64,000 nt of DNA from Tubiluchus corallicola (lineage: Eukaryota > Animalia > Priapulida). Positions 50,601-63,100 of the stretch are shown here, in pieces. Each line of letters starts with the position of its first letter. The stretch's first letter is position 1. Both the position numbers and the translations under genes were made by a program. The stretch spans positions 868,001 to 932,000 of the forward strand of contig JAQGDQ010000023.1 of NCBI GenBank assembly GCA_030141605.1, given 5' to 3'. Under the pieces are notes generated by a model. That model was not told where the DNA came from. It saw nothing but the letters and a program-made list of their open reading frames with translations, and ran no database searches.

Positions 50601-53600
50601 ACTCGGTGAAAAGCAAACAACGATTTTTAATTTAAAACTTGTAGATTGTGCAGTACATTGTCAAATGACAGAAAATTATAGTTAGGCTATTTCTACACTC
50701 TACATTTTCTGACTCTTGCCTGTGCTTGGCAATAGGATAAACCTTTGCAGCAACACATGTTCAACACTGTAAACGAGCTTCTCAAAATAATTGTGGGGGA
50801 AAAGAAAGTTGATGAACATTACTCCAGCTTTATCTAAAGAGTTTCTCAAAAATTCGAAGTACTCACAAATTCAAATACTTGCAAATTAAATTCACTAATA
50901 GCAGATTCTAAAATTTTGAAGTTATCTAGTCTAAATATTGAAATGTTGAGTCTGTGAACAGTGCTCATGGATTGATAAATGTGGCACTGATTTCAGCTGC
51001 CTACTGTAGCCAGTGACCTGCCATGGAGCTAGTATTTACATACTTCCAAATGGCATAACATCTTAACATTAGAAACTGAAGAACAGATGTCAATATTATA
51101 ACATAAAAATTGTGGCAGTTGCTCCTTAAACCTGAAAAAATTTGAAAACTTGACCAACAGACAAAAAATGCAATGACTATAAGTTATTTTTAAGTTTTAC
51201 AATAATTGTTTGATTTTTTCACTATCACAACAAAATGATGTTCATTATTAATCATCAAATATAAAAATACATTACTGGTACAGAATTTTTCTATTTAGGG
51301 AGAGAAATCATTTTTCTTGCGCCCCGGTGAGAAGCTGGAAGCTGGTATTCAAAATGTATTTATACTTGGTGAAAATGAAGGGCTGATCTTACGAGCAAAT
51401 GAGTCATTCAGTGATGCAACTGCCGTATGTCCAGTTATTGTATAATTTTAATAGCTTTTATAATTTATTATATTCAAGAGTTGTGAATCAACTATTTCAA
51501 AATTTTACTCGGTAATATTTTATATACTGTAAGGTATCCACAAAATGTTGTTGTAACATAACTATTTTTAAGCAAAAAGCTTCTGTTTCTGAATTTGTAA
51601 ATTTACCGCTTTTAAAATAAATTAGATGTTTACTAATTATGCTTAGTTTCTGCTTGATGTCTAGTAGCTTTTGCTAGACAATTATACAATTATATAAGAA
51701 TTTACACACTTCACCTGACATTTTTTTTGTACATGTGTAACTTTTAAGACTGAGTAGTTTAAGGACTTTTCCTGGTTAGGGTAAAACTCGCCAGCCAGGT
51801 GACAGGTGGATGATCAGAGGACCAATAGAGTATGTGCCACCAGTTGAGGTTGAAGTCGTGGCCAGACGAACTGCAATTCCACTTGATGAGAATGAAGGAA
51901 TATATGTGCGTGACATTAAAAGTGGAAAGGTATCTGAAATGTTGAACATGGTTATTAATTTTTTGTTGGTTAATTAATCTAAGACTTTATTAACTACAAC
52001 TTTATTAACTAGAAATGTCTTTAATGTTTTACTACTCCCATAGTTTATTCAATGCACATTGTTACTGATAAAGTCAGTGCTATACGGCCATTCAGTAAAC
52101 ATTACTATCAATATTTCTACAGTACAGTAATCGCTTCATGTCTTCCTGTTTAGCGATGTTTCGTTTTAATGATGCTGATCATTTGACACCTTTTTCACTT
52201 AACAATGCACGTTTCACTTTAACGACTATTTTTGTACTTTGCTCAAGGCAAATTTTGATTTTGTCAACGACATTTTCACCTAATTTGATGCATTAAAACT
52301 GTACATTATTCTGTTCTAAAAATGCACTAGTAACGTAAACAGTGTAATTATTATATACATTTTTGCTTCTGGGCTAACTACTAAATGCTACACATTTAAA
52401 TCAAGTGAGACCTATCAGCAAACTTTATGCATGCAACCTGTTGTTATAGCAACTAGACTAAGTATCTAGATAAAATTCCCAAGCTCGCCCAGGACTTGGC
52501 TTTGACTTTGCAGTGTTTATTATTTAACCGTTGCCTAGGCTTAAACTTTAACGAAAGAGAGACCGCTATGGCTAGGTAATGGCAAGTAAGATATATAGGT
52601 GGTTTCAGGCAAGCAGAAAGAAATTAATCAGTAGAAATATGAATAAAGCTCTTAAAATGTTTAAGTATATTATTTAACCAGTATTGATTTTTGCCTCTGG
52701 AACGTATCTCAATTCTTTTACATTACTTTCTATGGAAGTCTTGGCTTCATTTAATGACGTTTCACTTAATGTCGCCTTTTGTTGAATGGCATTAGCATCG
52801 TTAAGCGAGAACTTACTGTAATATACTTATCTTAATGAAAAGTTTTCCAATTAAAGTGAAACTAGACTATTCTCATGCTGGAGATGTTTTAAAAGCGGAC
52901 TTCTTTAAAAGTATTTTACAATGTAATACTTCCTTTTTCTTTGGAGCCACATTTTTTATGCAAAATATAAAAAAATCAGGTGGGTGGTATTATGAAAGAG
53001 CAGATTGTGAGACGTTGTTGACCTCCCACAATATCTAATAAAACTTGTATGACGACAGTCGAACAGACTATAGTCACTGATTGGATCTCAAGCATATCTC
53101 CATTTTCTCAGATTAAACGTTAATTAAACGAATATAAGATTTTGGCAGCGAGATTTAACTAATTTTCACAAACTTTGATTAAAATCTAATTCTTTTAGCT
53201 TTTTTAATTTATAAATATCTGCTGCTATTTTCAAACTCCTTTCCTGCAATCATTAGCTTGAGTTTTGAAATTTGTCTTATTTTTTCAAAAATATTACACC
53301 CATTAAGTAAACATTTGCCTAATATTTTAACAAAAGCATTTAAATGTACATGTTCATTTAGGTACGTGCTGTCATAGGTCATACATACATGCTTAATGAA
53401 GATGAGTGCTTGTGGCATAAGTTACTTCCTCAAGCTATAGAAAATATGCTCTCTGATCGTGCTCCCTATAGTTCAGAAGCTCGTTTACCTTTTACATATT
53501 CTCAGAGCATCGCTGAAGAGAGAACGATAACACAATGTACTAATATTATTGACATGCATTACGACAGTGTTCAGCAGCAGGTGAGGGCATACCAGATCCA

Positions 53601-56600
53601 TAAAAGGACAGACAGCAACCCAGAATGGAACGTGCAAAAAGCTGAAACGCGCGATAAAAAACTTTTGTTAAATGTTTCTATCAGTAATTGTTTAGTGCAT
53701 TCAAACACTTGCGTACATCCTCACCCAAGGCAGCATGTTTGTTTAATCTGCTTTGTACATATAACTTCATAACATGTTCCATTCTTTTTCTGTCAAGGTT
53801 CCACATATTTTTTTGTATGACTATCTTGTAGGTTAGAGCAGTTAATGGAGAAACATACATGTTGTCTCAAGACGAGGAGCTTTGGGAGAAATCAGTAAGT
53901 CTAATGTTTGGAAAGCATGATTACTTAACCCTTGGCTACTGGTGCCGTTTCATGTACTTGTCAGTACCATGCATTACTACATATACAAAGAAGTGGTGTG
54001 CCTTATCTATTGGAAGTTACAAGGATATCTTACTGTTATTTAGTAAAAGTTAGTTATTAAGTAAAATTATCAGGTACCTGTAGTTTTATTTAATGTAAAT
54101 GGTGCAATTAATCAATGAACGTGCACATAAATTGTGTACATCTGTTATTTTGAAATTCTAATTCTGAAAAATTGATTCAGTAACAGTGGCCAGATACCTT
54201 CACAATTTTAATGAAGCTTTGGAAAATAAGAACCTAATTTTTTCAGCATAATCCAGTTTGCTGTCATCAACAGAATATGTACAGCCTAATAAGATTATTA
54301 ATAAAATGCTTTAGGTGTATTTTGAAAGTGGTTTTGCAAGTCAAAATTTCACATGATTTAATCAGCTAACAGGCTGTATAATAGCTGTGATGGTATGTTA
54401 TACATTAACTACAATCGCTATTTAATTATATTTTAGTCATCTGTTTCAGTTGTTTTGCAGCCTCTTATTTAACAATTTATTTAATTTATTTGCAATTTTG
54501 AACATCAAGGTCAAGATCAAAATACGTATAGCATTTTAGCTCAAGTTATAATAAATTTTTATTTTGGCCTATGCATTCTGTTGATGATGGGTAGTTGCCA
54601 GGGTTATGATAAAACATTTAAGTTTTGCATTTTCAAAACTTTATTAACATATTGGAGCTGCTAAGAAAAGTGGCTTGGTAATGTTGGATGGTCTCAGAAT
54701 CAAATTATGTAATTTAGATAAAACAGTTGGATGTGGCTGCTTTGCAGCAGTGATGGTGAGGGTTAATAGTTGTTTTTCAAAAGTTTCCGGTTGTAGTATC
54801 GGTGTAACTCGCATGGAATTTTAGGTTAGACTGTCTGTAAAAATTTCTGAATTAGTGCACTATTATTAAAGCTGTGATATATTTAATTGTCACTAACATT
54901 GCTTTTCACACTAACTATACTTCTGAACAGCATTCGTAGATTGCTTATTTTATTCCGTTCTTAGAACAAGCTTTTGAGATAAAAATTTCATAACTAAAAT
55001 TGTGCTGATTCTCTTTTAAGCATATTAAATACTTGCTTGTATTAAAATATGACTTGACTAAAGAATGAATTTGAATTGCTGCCTCCTACAGCTGTGGTCA
55101 ATATTCTCAGTACTCCTTCTAATTTCTGTTTAACTGCAGTCTTTGAAATATCTGCAACATTTTTTATAGATGTTACCAGCAGTAGAAGATTTGCTAACAC
55201 AGGAACGTGATCCATATGCAGATCGCAGCAACCGTCAGGGAGGGTTACAGCGTCAAACTCGTGATAAAACTCGTGTTGTTACTTTCAGAGTTCCACACAA
55301 TGCAGCTGTACAAATATATGATTATAAGAACAAAAAAGCAAGGTAGCTAGATTAATCTCTTGGTCTGATTTGTTATATAATAATAATAATAAGAGAGAGA
55401 GAGAGAGAGCAGGAGAGTGAGAGAGGAAGAGAGAGCAAGAAAGAGAGATGTGTAAGGTGGTGTGTAGGTGGTATGGTGTGGTGCAGTGCGGTGTGGTGCG
55501 ATGAGGTGGAGTGGTATGGTGTGGTGTGATGAGGTGGAGTGGTGTGGTGTGGGTTGTGTGTTGATTTGTGCACAAAATTCTTTTTGTGGGGTTTGGCTAG
55601 TACTTTTATTAATGTTATAAATGTTTTAAAAACAGCTGACTTTACTTAATTTCTTGCAGAAAAGTTTCTAGGGTAAGTGTCCTATTATGCTTATCGAATG
55701 TCAAACCCTTTCACAAAAACCATTGAGCATGTATGTGATAGAAACAATTTGTTTTGTCCTTTCTACACATATCTCAATTTTATAATAAAAATCGTTACTA
55801 ATGGTGTGCTAGAAAGTAAGGTTAATTATATTTTTATATAAAACTATGACTCAACACGAAACAAAATAGTCCTATTAATGCACTATGTCTCCTTTTGTTT
55901 CATTGTAAAAATTTTGATTAATTAAAGTAACACTGATTCCACTAGCGTTCGGAGGGCAAATAGGTTATTAGGTTTCCCGTATTGCATGATTTACCTTGGG
56001 TCACTCTGCATTCATGCAAATGTTGGTCATATATGACTCAAAATAATGACTTCTGTGTGTTTTGAGGTGAAAACCAATGCAGCATGCTGTTCCATGATTC
56101 CTCTACAGAAAATTTACAATCTGGATCGCCTCAATAAGATTAACAGATTTGAAACTGACTTTATTGGGGAAAAAATTAAATCGGCTCTTTGTGCTGTTTT
56201 GCTCGGGCCAATATTGTTCAATTGTGGTCGTAAAACACACACAGTAACTACTAGGTTATTTTTCTTACCTTAGAATAATGGGATATGTAAACTGTTTTAT
56301 TATTTTCTAGATGTGTGCATGCCACAATTTTTTCTGATTATTTTCGAGAAAAAGTATAAAAGAAATTGCTTTACTGTCAATTGCATTGAATATTTGCATC
56401 GTTGTATTAATTTTTGTGGTTAGTATTATAATAGCATAACCACATTTCTAGAGTTTTTAACAATTTTTTTGGAGACGCAATTAACTTGGAGAATGTTGTT
56501 TGCTAATTAGAGCAAAATGATGTAAACGTTGAAATGCTACTGGCTAAGAAAGAATTCAATAGTTAGTTGACACCTTAACATTTGTACTGCGAGTGACTTT

Positions 56601-57421
56601 TGGATTTTTCTTGTGCTGCCTGCAAGTGACGCTGAACCACACACAAGGTCAGCGAGTTATGCTCTGCAAACAACCACTTTACAAGGAAGAATGAGTTTTA
56701 GTGAGTGTCATAGTAATAATAACACCTAAAACTTGCAGAGTTGTATTCGGACCAGAACAAGTAATGTTGAACCCAGATGAGCAATTCACACAACTGAGTT
56801 TATCAGGTGGTAAACCGAAAAAACCCAATGTGATCAAAGCATTATGCTTGCTACTGGGACCCGATTTTTTCACCGACATAGTAACCGTGGAAACAGCTGA
56901 CCATGCCCGCTTGCAGCTTCAGCTGGCATACAACTGGTAACTGCTTTAAATTTGGTTTTATTGTGTGTGTATCCTGTAACACTTCTAAGACGTCCAAATG
57001 TGTGTTATTTTACATGCCAGGGTAATTTTATTTGTTACCAACAACAATTTACTTCTCATTTATATTGGATTTTAAACATGTAATTGTACACTATTCCAAA
57101 TGATTACTTTTTAACATTCAACAGAGTAATCGTGTTTTGTCTTACCCTAAAAAAATTTGCTATTGAAATATACGATAATTTTTACGATGTGAGTACACTA
57201 AGCACTGTATCGTCCCACATCTCCATCTACCTTACCGTTAGTATAAAAATGATTCATCACTGATAAAGGTAATTTTCTGCAGGCATTTTGATCTGGGAAA
57301 TAAGGAGTCTGATTCCTATAAGCTTTTTAGCGTTGCTGATTTTGTGGGTGATGCTTGCAAGGCTATTGCATCTCGTATCAGGGGCTCCGTAGCTGCTGTG
57401 CCTTTTGATGATTTCCATAAG
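41470..57421 (+). CDS. MVP: major vault protein, first 13 coding exons (595 codons); 3' part beyond the window
   Basis: Exons 41470-41621, 42651-42846, 44850-44973, 45278-45409, 45606-45700, 46214-46339, 49826-49936, 51299-51424, 51780-51929, 53832-53894, 55170-55342, 56739-56936, 57283-57421 join in frame with GT-AG sites. Vault repeats ([37 protein letters not shown]) and shoulder start ([48 protein letters not shown]). Confidence 0.97.
42651..42846 (+). CDS. MVP: MVP coding exon 2
   Basis: [30 protein letters not shown]. Confidence 0.95.
44850..44973 (+). CDS. MVP: MVP coding exon 3
   Basis: [18 protein letters not shown]. Confidence 0.95.
45278..45409 (+). CDS. MVP: MVP coding exon 4
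   Basis: [21 protein letters not shown]. Confidence 0.95.
45606..45700 (+). CDS. MVP: MVP coding exon 5
   Basis: [32 protein letters not shown]. Confidence 0.95.
46214..46339 (+). CDS. MVP: MVP coding exon 6
   Basis: [27 protein letters not shown]. Confidence 0.95.
48434..49096. mobile_element. probable hAT (Charlie-like) MITE
   Basis: caggggtgccca / tggtcacccctg termini; flanks agttttag / cattatag match only partly. Confidence 0.55.
49826..49936 (+). CDS. MVP: MVP coding exon 7
   Basis: [37 protein letters not shown]. Confidence 0.95.
51299..51424 (+). CDS. MVP: MVP coding exon 8
   Basis: [33 protein letters not shown]. Confidence 0.95.
51780..51929 (+). CDS. MVP: MVP coding exon 9
   Basis: [34 protein letters not shown]. 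Confidence 0.95.
52125..52818. mobile_element. Tigger/pogo-type MITE, same family as 16796-18562
   Basis: TA|cagtaa.. and ..ttaagcgagaacttactg|TA; shares ataggtggtttca.gcaagcag..agtagaaatatgaataa and cattactttctatggaagtc. Confidence 0.7.
53362..53580 (+). CDS. MVP: putative alternative (duplicated) MVP exon, 73 codons, phase 0-0
   Basis: catttag|GTA CGT..: [30 protein letters not shown].. paralogous to exon 10 plus start of exon 11; donor CAG|gtgagg; no stop. Confidence 0.65.
53832..53894 (+). CDS. MVP: MVP coding exon 10
   Basis: [21 protein letters not shown]|gtaagt. Confidence 0.92.
55170..55342 (+). CDS. MVP: MVP coding exon 11
   Basis: [37 protein letters not shown]. Confidence 0.95.
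55376..55562. repeat. compound microsatellite (TAA)n, (GA)n, (GGTGT)n
   Basis: Directly visible. Confidence 0.9.
56739..56936 (+). CDS. MVP: MVP coding exon 12
   Basis: [27 protein letters not shown]. Confidence 0.95.
57283..57421 (+). CDS. MVP: MVP coding exon 13
   Basis: [37 protein letters not shown]|gttagt. Confidence 0.95.
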
Positions 57422-58352
57422 GTTAGTGTTAATATTTATACATTTAACTCGGTTATTGAACATCATGTAGCCAATTTATAGTGATTCACTTCAATTTGTC
57501 AAGATGAGAAGGCAAAGTGCAGGTACAATGGTATATCGACGTCATCTCGGCTACTGAAATTAAGATAGCACTGAGGCAGGTCAGTGAGTGGATGGTGAAC
57601 CACTTTAATTCTTCCTCTGAGCGATTACGTATGCCATGCTGACTATGGCTGTTCACTTCATAGAGAGGATGTATATACATCCAAATGTGGCTAAGACACC
57701 TTTGGCAGTTCATCCATCTTACAGGCATATCCTTGATAATAAGTCAGGTTCACGTTGTTGTAAATGTTGCATTATTCTAGTTGAACAAAAACAAAAATAA
57801 ATTAATTTAATTTTAAGCCATTGCTAATAAAACCTTTATTCTATCACAGCAATGTAAGTTAAACTTTCATAATTTCAATGCATAATAAGTACAAGCATAC
57901 ACAAGTTTTATCACAATTGCTGCACAAAACACTTTAAATTTTCACATCACAAGAATAGCATTTTTTGACATATCAGATAGTTAGTGTATACAGAACTGCA
58001 TAGCTTATATAAACTTTACGAAGAAGCCAGTTAACTGCCAATGCATATGAAGTCACGTGATCAAGCCAGCATAAAACTATATAATGAAACCATGTAGGTA
58101 ACCTGTAGGAGCAAAACTGCAAACCTACAGACAAACGTGTACAGATTATTTATGAGCAACAGAAGATATTAATTTAACTAAGTGTTTTCAAAGTAAAAAA
58201 AAATATTTGAAAGGAGCAAAACTGCAATATTGATCAAAGTATAAAAATGAAAAATAATTACAAAAACCTAGAATTGAACTCATGCCACATGCGTCGTGAC
58301 ACTCCGGAGAACAAACGACAAAAAACTACAAAAAATAATATAAATGTTAATA

Positions 58353-59241
58353 CAGTAGGCACCGCTTAATAGACTCACTGTTAATAAACTTAATTGCTTT
58401 ATTGACTCAAACTGCCTGGTACAGACTGCTTCTATTCAAATGTACAAATTAAAAACTGTTGGTAATTGACTCAAATAACTCTGCATAATTGACTCAATAT
58501 TTTTCCTTTACATACTTAAAATAAGACATTTGTATGTACCCAAAGAGCTTATCCTACTTTTATGTCATATTTACTTCGCTTTTGTGAACTATAATATATG
58601 TAGAAACAATCATGCTAAGTACCGTTTTGTTGGTAAGCAAGTACGTTAATCATGCACTAATATGCTAGCATAGCGGTTTTGCTTTGAATCTGTTACCTGC
58701 ACGTTCACTGCAGTTAACCTCGTTACACAAGAAATTCTGGAAGCTAAACATTTAATCACTTGTCTAGCTGTTTCCTTTGAAGCTCTTGATGCAAATCGCG
58801 CTTAATCACTTAACAGTCAAAGATCCATGTACAGTAATCAGCCTGTATTCTTTGGGACTTACAAGAGTAAACATCATACAGCAAGTAAGAGCAAGAGTTA
58901 AGAAGTTTTAAAAATGAAGCATGAGTGCAAAAGTCTGACAGTTAAGGAAAAACTGAAAATTTTGGAGCAGCACAACAAACTCCCAAAGATGGGACAGCAG
59001 TGTGCAGCAGCGCAGTTGAAAATTTTCCAAAGTACTCTCGGAAGTTTTTTTTTAGCTACACAAATTAACTTGGGCATTACTTCTTTTCAAAAATTCATTA
59101 AAAAATCTTTGCAGTTAATACTAAGCTGATGACTCGTACTTTTATACCATTAATATTACACCCATCGGTTAATAGGTTCAGTCGGTTAATTGGGTTAAAA
59201 CACTTCGGTCCCAATTTGAGTCTATTAAGCGGTGCCTACTA
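58353..59241 (+). mobile_element. Tigger/pogo deletion derivative retaining transposase N-terminal HTH remnant
   Basis: TIR cagtaggcaccgcttaatagactca / tgagtctattaagcggtgcctact(a); ORF 58914 KSLTVKEKLKIL..AAAQLKIFQSTL resembles the CENP-B/psq HTH. Confidence 0.8.
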
Positions 59242-60139
59242 TTATAAAATGTTATAAATGATGCAAAAGGTTAAATACGAGATCGGAACTTAATAATGTA
59301 AGCAAAAAAATCTCTGAATGAGTAAATTAAGAGATCAAAGTTTACCAACAAATGTTGAATAAATCAATCTTAATGTTATAATTGCATACAGAGGTTAATA
59401 TCAAATAATCATGTTAGACAATCAACAAGTTCACATAAAGGTTGACAACAGTTGACCAAGTTAAGCATTCAGAATCATGCAAAAATTCTTACAAAATACA
59501 ATTTCAGTGTCTAATTATTTGTTTATATTTAACGCTATTTCATGCACTAAAAGAATATAAAAATAATCACAAGATGACTTGACGTATAATCTTAATGTTA
59601 TTATATGTTAACGTTTCTTCATATGTACCTAATCTCAAAAATTGCTTTTCTTAACGAGGCTTTTATGTTAGGCCCTAAACGTGGCAGGAATTATTCTTTA
59701 AGTTTTATTTTTACATTATGGTAACTATAAAATTGTTTTTATATTAGAAGATGCCTAATGACGTGATTTTAAGTTGGCCTCCTAACATGATAGGAATAGT
59801 TCCTAAACTTCTGTTAAATATTAACATTTTGGATTAAGAGATGATAATAAAAAAATTAAAACTTGATCTTTAATCATATTGAATTGTTACATTTTCTTTG
59901 GTGATGTAATTCATATAACATTTGTGCATCTTAATAAGTTGATAACACCACAATAATATTGTAATTAAATGATGAGTCACTAGACTGGCAACTAGATGCA
60001 ACAAACAAACTGTCAACTTTTGTACAGTAATTTAATTGTATTTTCACTTTTGCTAATAGTTAAACATTTTCATTTTCTTCGACGTTTTTTATTTATTTTT
60101 TCTTTAAATACTTTTCACTAATTCTCTGATTACTAATAA

Positions 60140-63100
60140 TCAAAATGATAATTGTTCAATATGTTTTAATAAGATGCGGAATGACCACAAAGGTCTGTTA
60201 TGTAGCATTTGTGAAATTTGGCAACACTTGATATGTACTAATCTAACGGCAGAACAATACGACTCTATTAATGTAGACTCGTGGTACTGTACAAAATGCC
60301 TTGCAGATGTATTGCCATTCAATAATATAGAAAATGAAATACAATTCAAAAACGCTATTGACATGATCGATTTACTTGATTCAGGTACTTTACAACTTAC
60401 TGAATTACATCTAAGTCCATTTAATTATAATGAAAAATTACTGCCTTCAGTATGCAGATTTTGATCCAGACCAAAACTTCTATAACAGAATTAGTAGAAT
60501 ACATTGTGACTATACCACAGATATCAATCTAAATACTTCTATAATAAAATCTAACACAAACACGAATACCAGCTATACTCATATTTCGATATTTAATCAT
60601 AATTGTTGAAGCATGTCCAAAAATTTTTGTCATATATCAGATTTACTCTCCACGCTGAATGGTCAATTTTCGATTCTATCTTTTACAGAAATCTGTCTTA
60701 ATGATCAGAATAAAGATTCGTTCTCAATGAAACATTATAATCACTACTCAAAAACATGCAAACAGAGAACAGCTGTAGGGGTTTCCCTGTATATAAAAGA
60801 TGATTTAAACAGTAAACTTCGTAATAACCAAGACTGTTTTGATGAACAAACCTGTGAATCACTGTTTGTTGAAATTGCCCAAGAACATACAAAAAATATC
60901 TTAGTTGGAGTGTTATACAGACCTCCTGGTGCCAGTATCCGAGTATTCTTTGATGGTTTAGATAATCTTCTCTCTAAAATAATTGATGAAAACAAACACA
61001 TCTTTATCTGCGGCGACTTCAACTTAAATTCGCTTAACTCTGACTCCCACAACGAACTGAATCTTTTCTCAGTTGCCTACTTAGTCATTCATTGTATCTC
61101 TTAATCACCAAACCAACAAGAATTACTACTTACTCAGCAACTTTAATCAATAATATATTTACAAACTGTGTGTCAAATGACAATCTAAACTCGGGCATTC
61201 TCTACAGTGACATATCTGACCATTTTCCAATTTATTCAATAACTAGCTTGAAAGTGACACTTTAAAACCAATAGTTTCAAAATCGCAAATCTGGTCCCAA
61301 ATCTTTTGCATACAGAACCCGGACTCAGCATTTCAATCCTTCTTTAAAAATTACTGCAATATTTACAATGATAGCTTTCCACTGGTCACAAAAATAATAA
61401 GGCCACGGACGTTAAATAAACCTTGGCTAACAAGCGAGTTGATCCACTCAATTAAACACAAAAATAAATTAGATAAGCTAAAATTAAAAAACCCTACTGA
61501 TCTGAACATTGTGAAACATATAGAAATAATTTAACGTCAATACTAAGAAAAGCTGAAAAAGATTATTATGCCAATACAATTAAAAGTAATATGAATAACA
61601 TGAAAAAAACATGGAAAATTATAAACTTAGCTATTAATAAAAGAGATACTTCTCAAATAGCACAGTCACATTTCAAAAAAATCACAGCATAACCCAATGA
61701 CATCAAAAGAAATACCTGATGGCTTTAATAACTATTTTGTAAATGTAGGATCAACTCCAGCAGACAAATTTCCCACCACCAAATGCATGTAGGAAATCAA
61801 TGCAGTTGCTTTCAATTAACAAAACGGAGCTGCTAAATGTGGCAAATAATTTAAAAAATAAAAGCAGTATATGGTATGATGATATAGCACACATTTCTCA
61901 TCATCTTCTCACCATCCTCCTGGTAGATTTTCATCTGTCAGCCGGCGAACACTTGATAACGTCTCTCCAGGTGTCTCTGTCTTCATACGTCTTCTCCTCC
62001 TCCACATCCACCAGTCCGTTGTTTCAGTTGTGTTCGCCATGAGTTACTTGAGCAAAAAGTACTTCAGTGACTTGCTAGGTCTATCCTGAAGGATTTGGTC
62101 CACAGCTCCTTATTTGAATATTCGGAGCACCCTGGCTCGTGAGCCAGGGGTCCCCCATCCGCCACCCGGGGGATGCGCCCGGTAGGGGTTTACATCATCA
62201 CACATTATCCTTAAAAAATCCATCCACTGTATTGCTGAACCTCTACTTAATATGTTTAACAAGTCATTTTCAACAGGTATAGTCCCAGACTCTCTGAAAA
62301 TAGTTAAGGTTAATCCAATTTTTAAAACTGGTGATAAGTCCTAGTTTCAAAATTATAGACCCATTTTAATTCTTCCCTGTTTTTCCAAAATTCTTGAAAG
62401 ACTAATGTATAATAGACTATTAAATTTCATAAAAAAACAACATATTATATAGCAAACAACTGGGCTTTAGACAAAACCACTCCACTTACATGGCTCTACT
62501 TGAACTTCTTGATTTAATATCAAATGCATTTGACAACAATGAATTTACAATTGGTATTTTCATTGATCTATCTAACACCTTTGATACTATTGACTATAAA
62601 ATACGCTTAGATAAATTAAACAACTATGGTGTCAGAGGTCTACCTTTACAGTTGTTTACAAGTTATTTACACAACAGAAAATAATCTGTACTAATAGATA
62701 ACACATTTTCTTCTTTGAAGCAAATCAATTATAGATCCCACAAGGATCAATCTTAGGTCCATTGCTTTTTCTTCTCTATATTAATGATCTCCACTCTGCT
62801 AGACTTCATTTTATTTGCCGATGATACTAACATATTCTATAGTCACTCAAACTATGAATCAATGATTAATACTATAAACCAAGAACTTGTACACCTCTCC
62901 ACCTGGTTTAAAGCTAAAAAATTGTCACTGAATACTAAAAAAAACTAAATTTATTGTATTTGCAAATAAAAATAAAAGAATCCCTAGTAATCTTACAGTA
63001 AAAATTGATGAAGTCCCAATAATTAAAGTAAAACGTACTAAGACCATCTTAGATTTATCGAAAGCAAAATCTCTAAAACCATAGGTATTATATACAGAGT

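Noticed and set aside
55285-55575. His/Thr/Pro-rich ORFs on the minus strand
   Set aside because: Translation of (GGTGT)n and (GA)n repeats, antisense to MVP.
62095-62198. HDV-like or twister ribozyme
   Set aside because: Could not assign the nested pseudoknot or catalytic core by eye; reported only as a structured 5' end.
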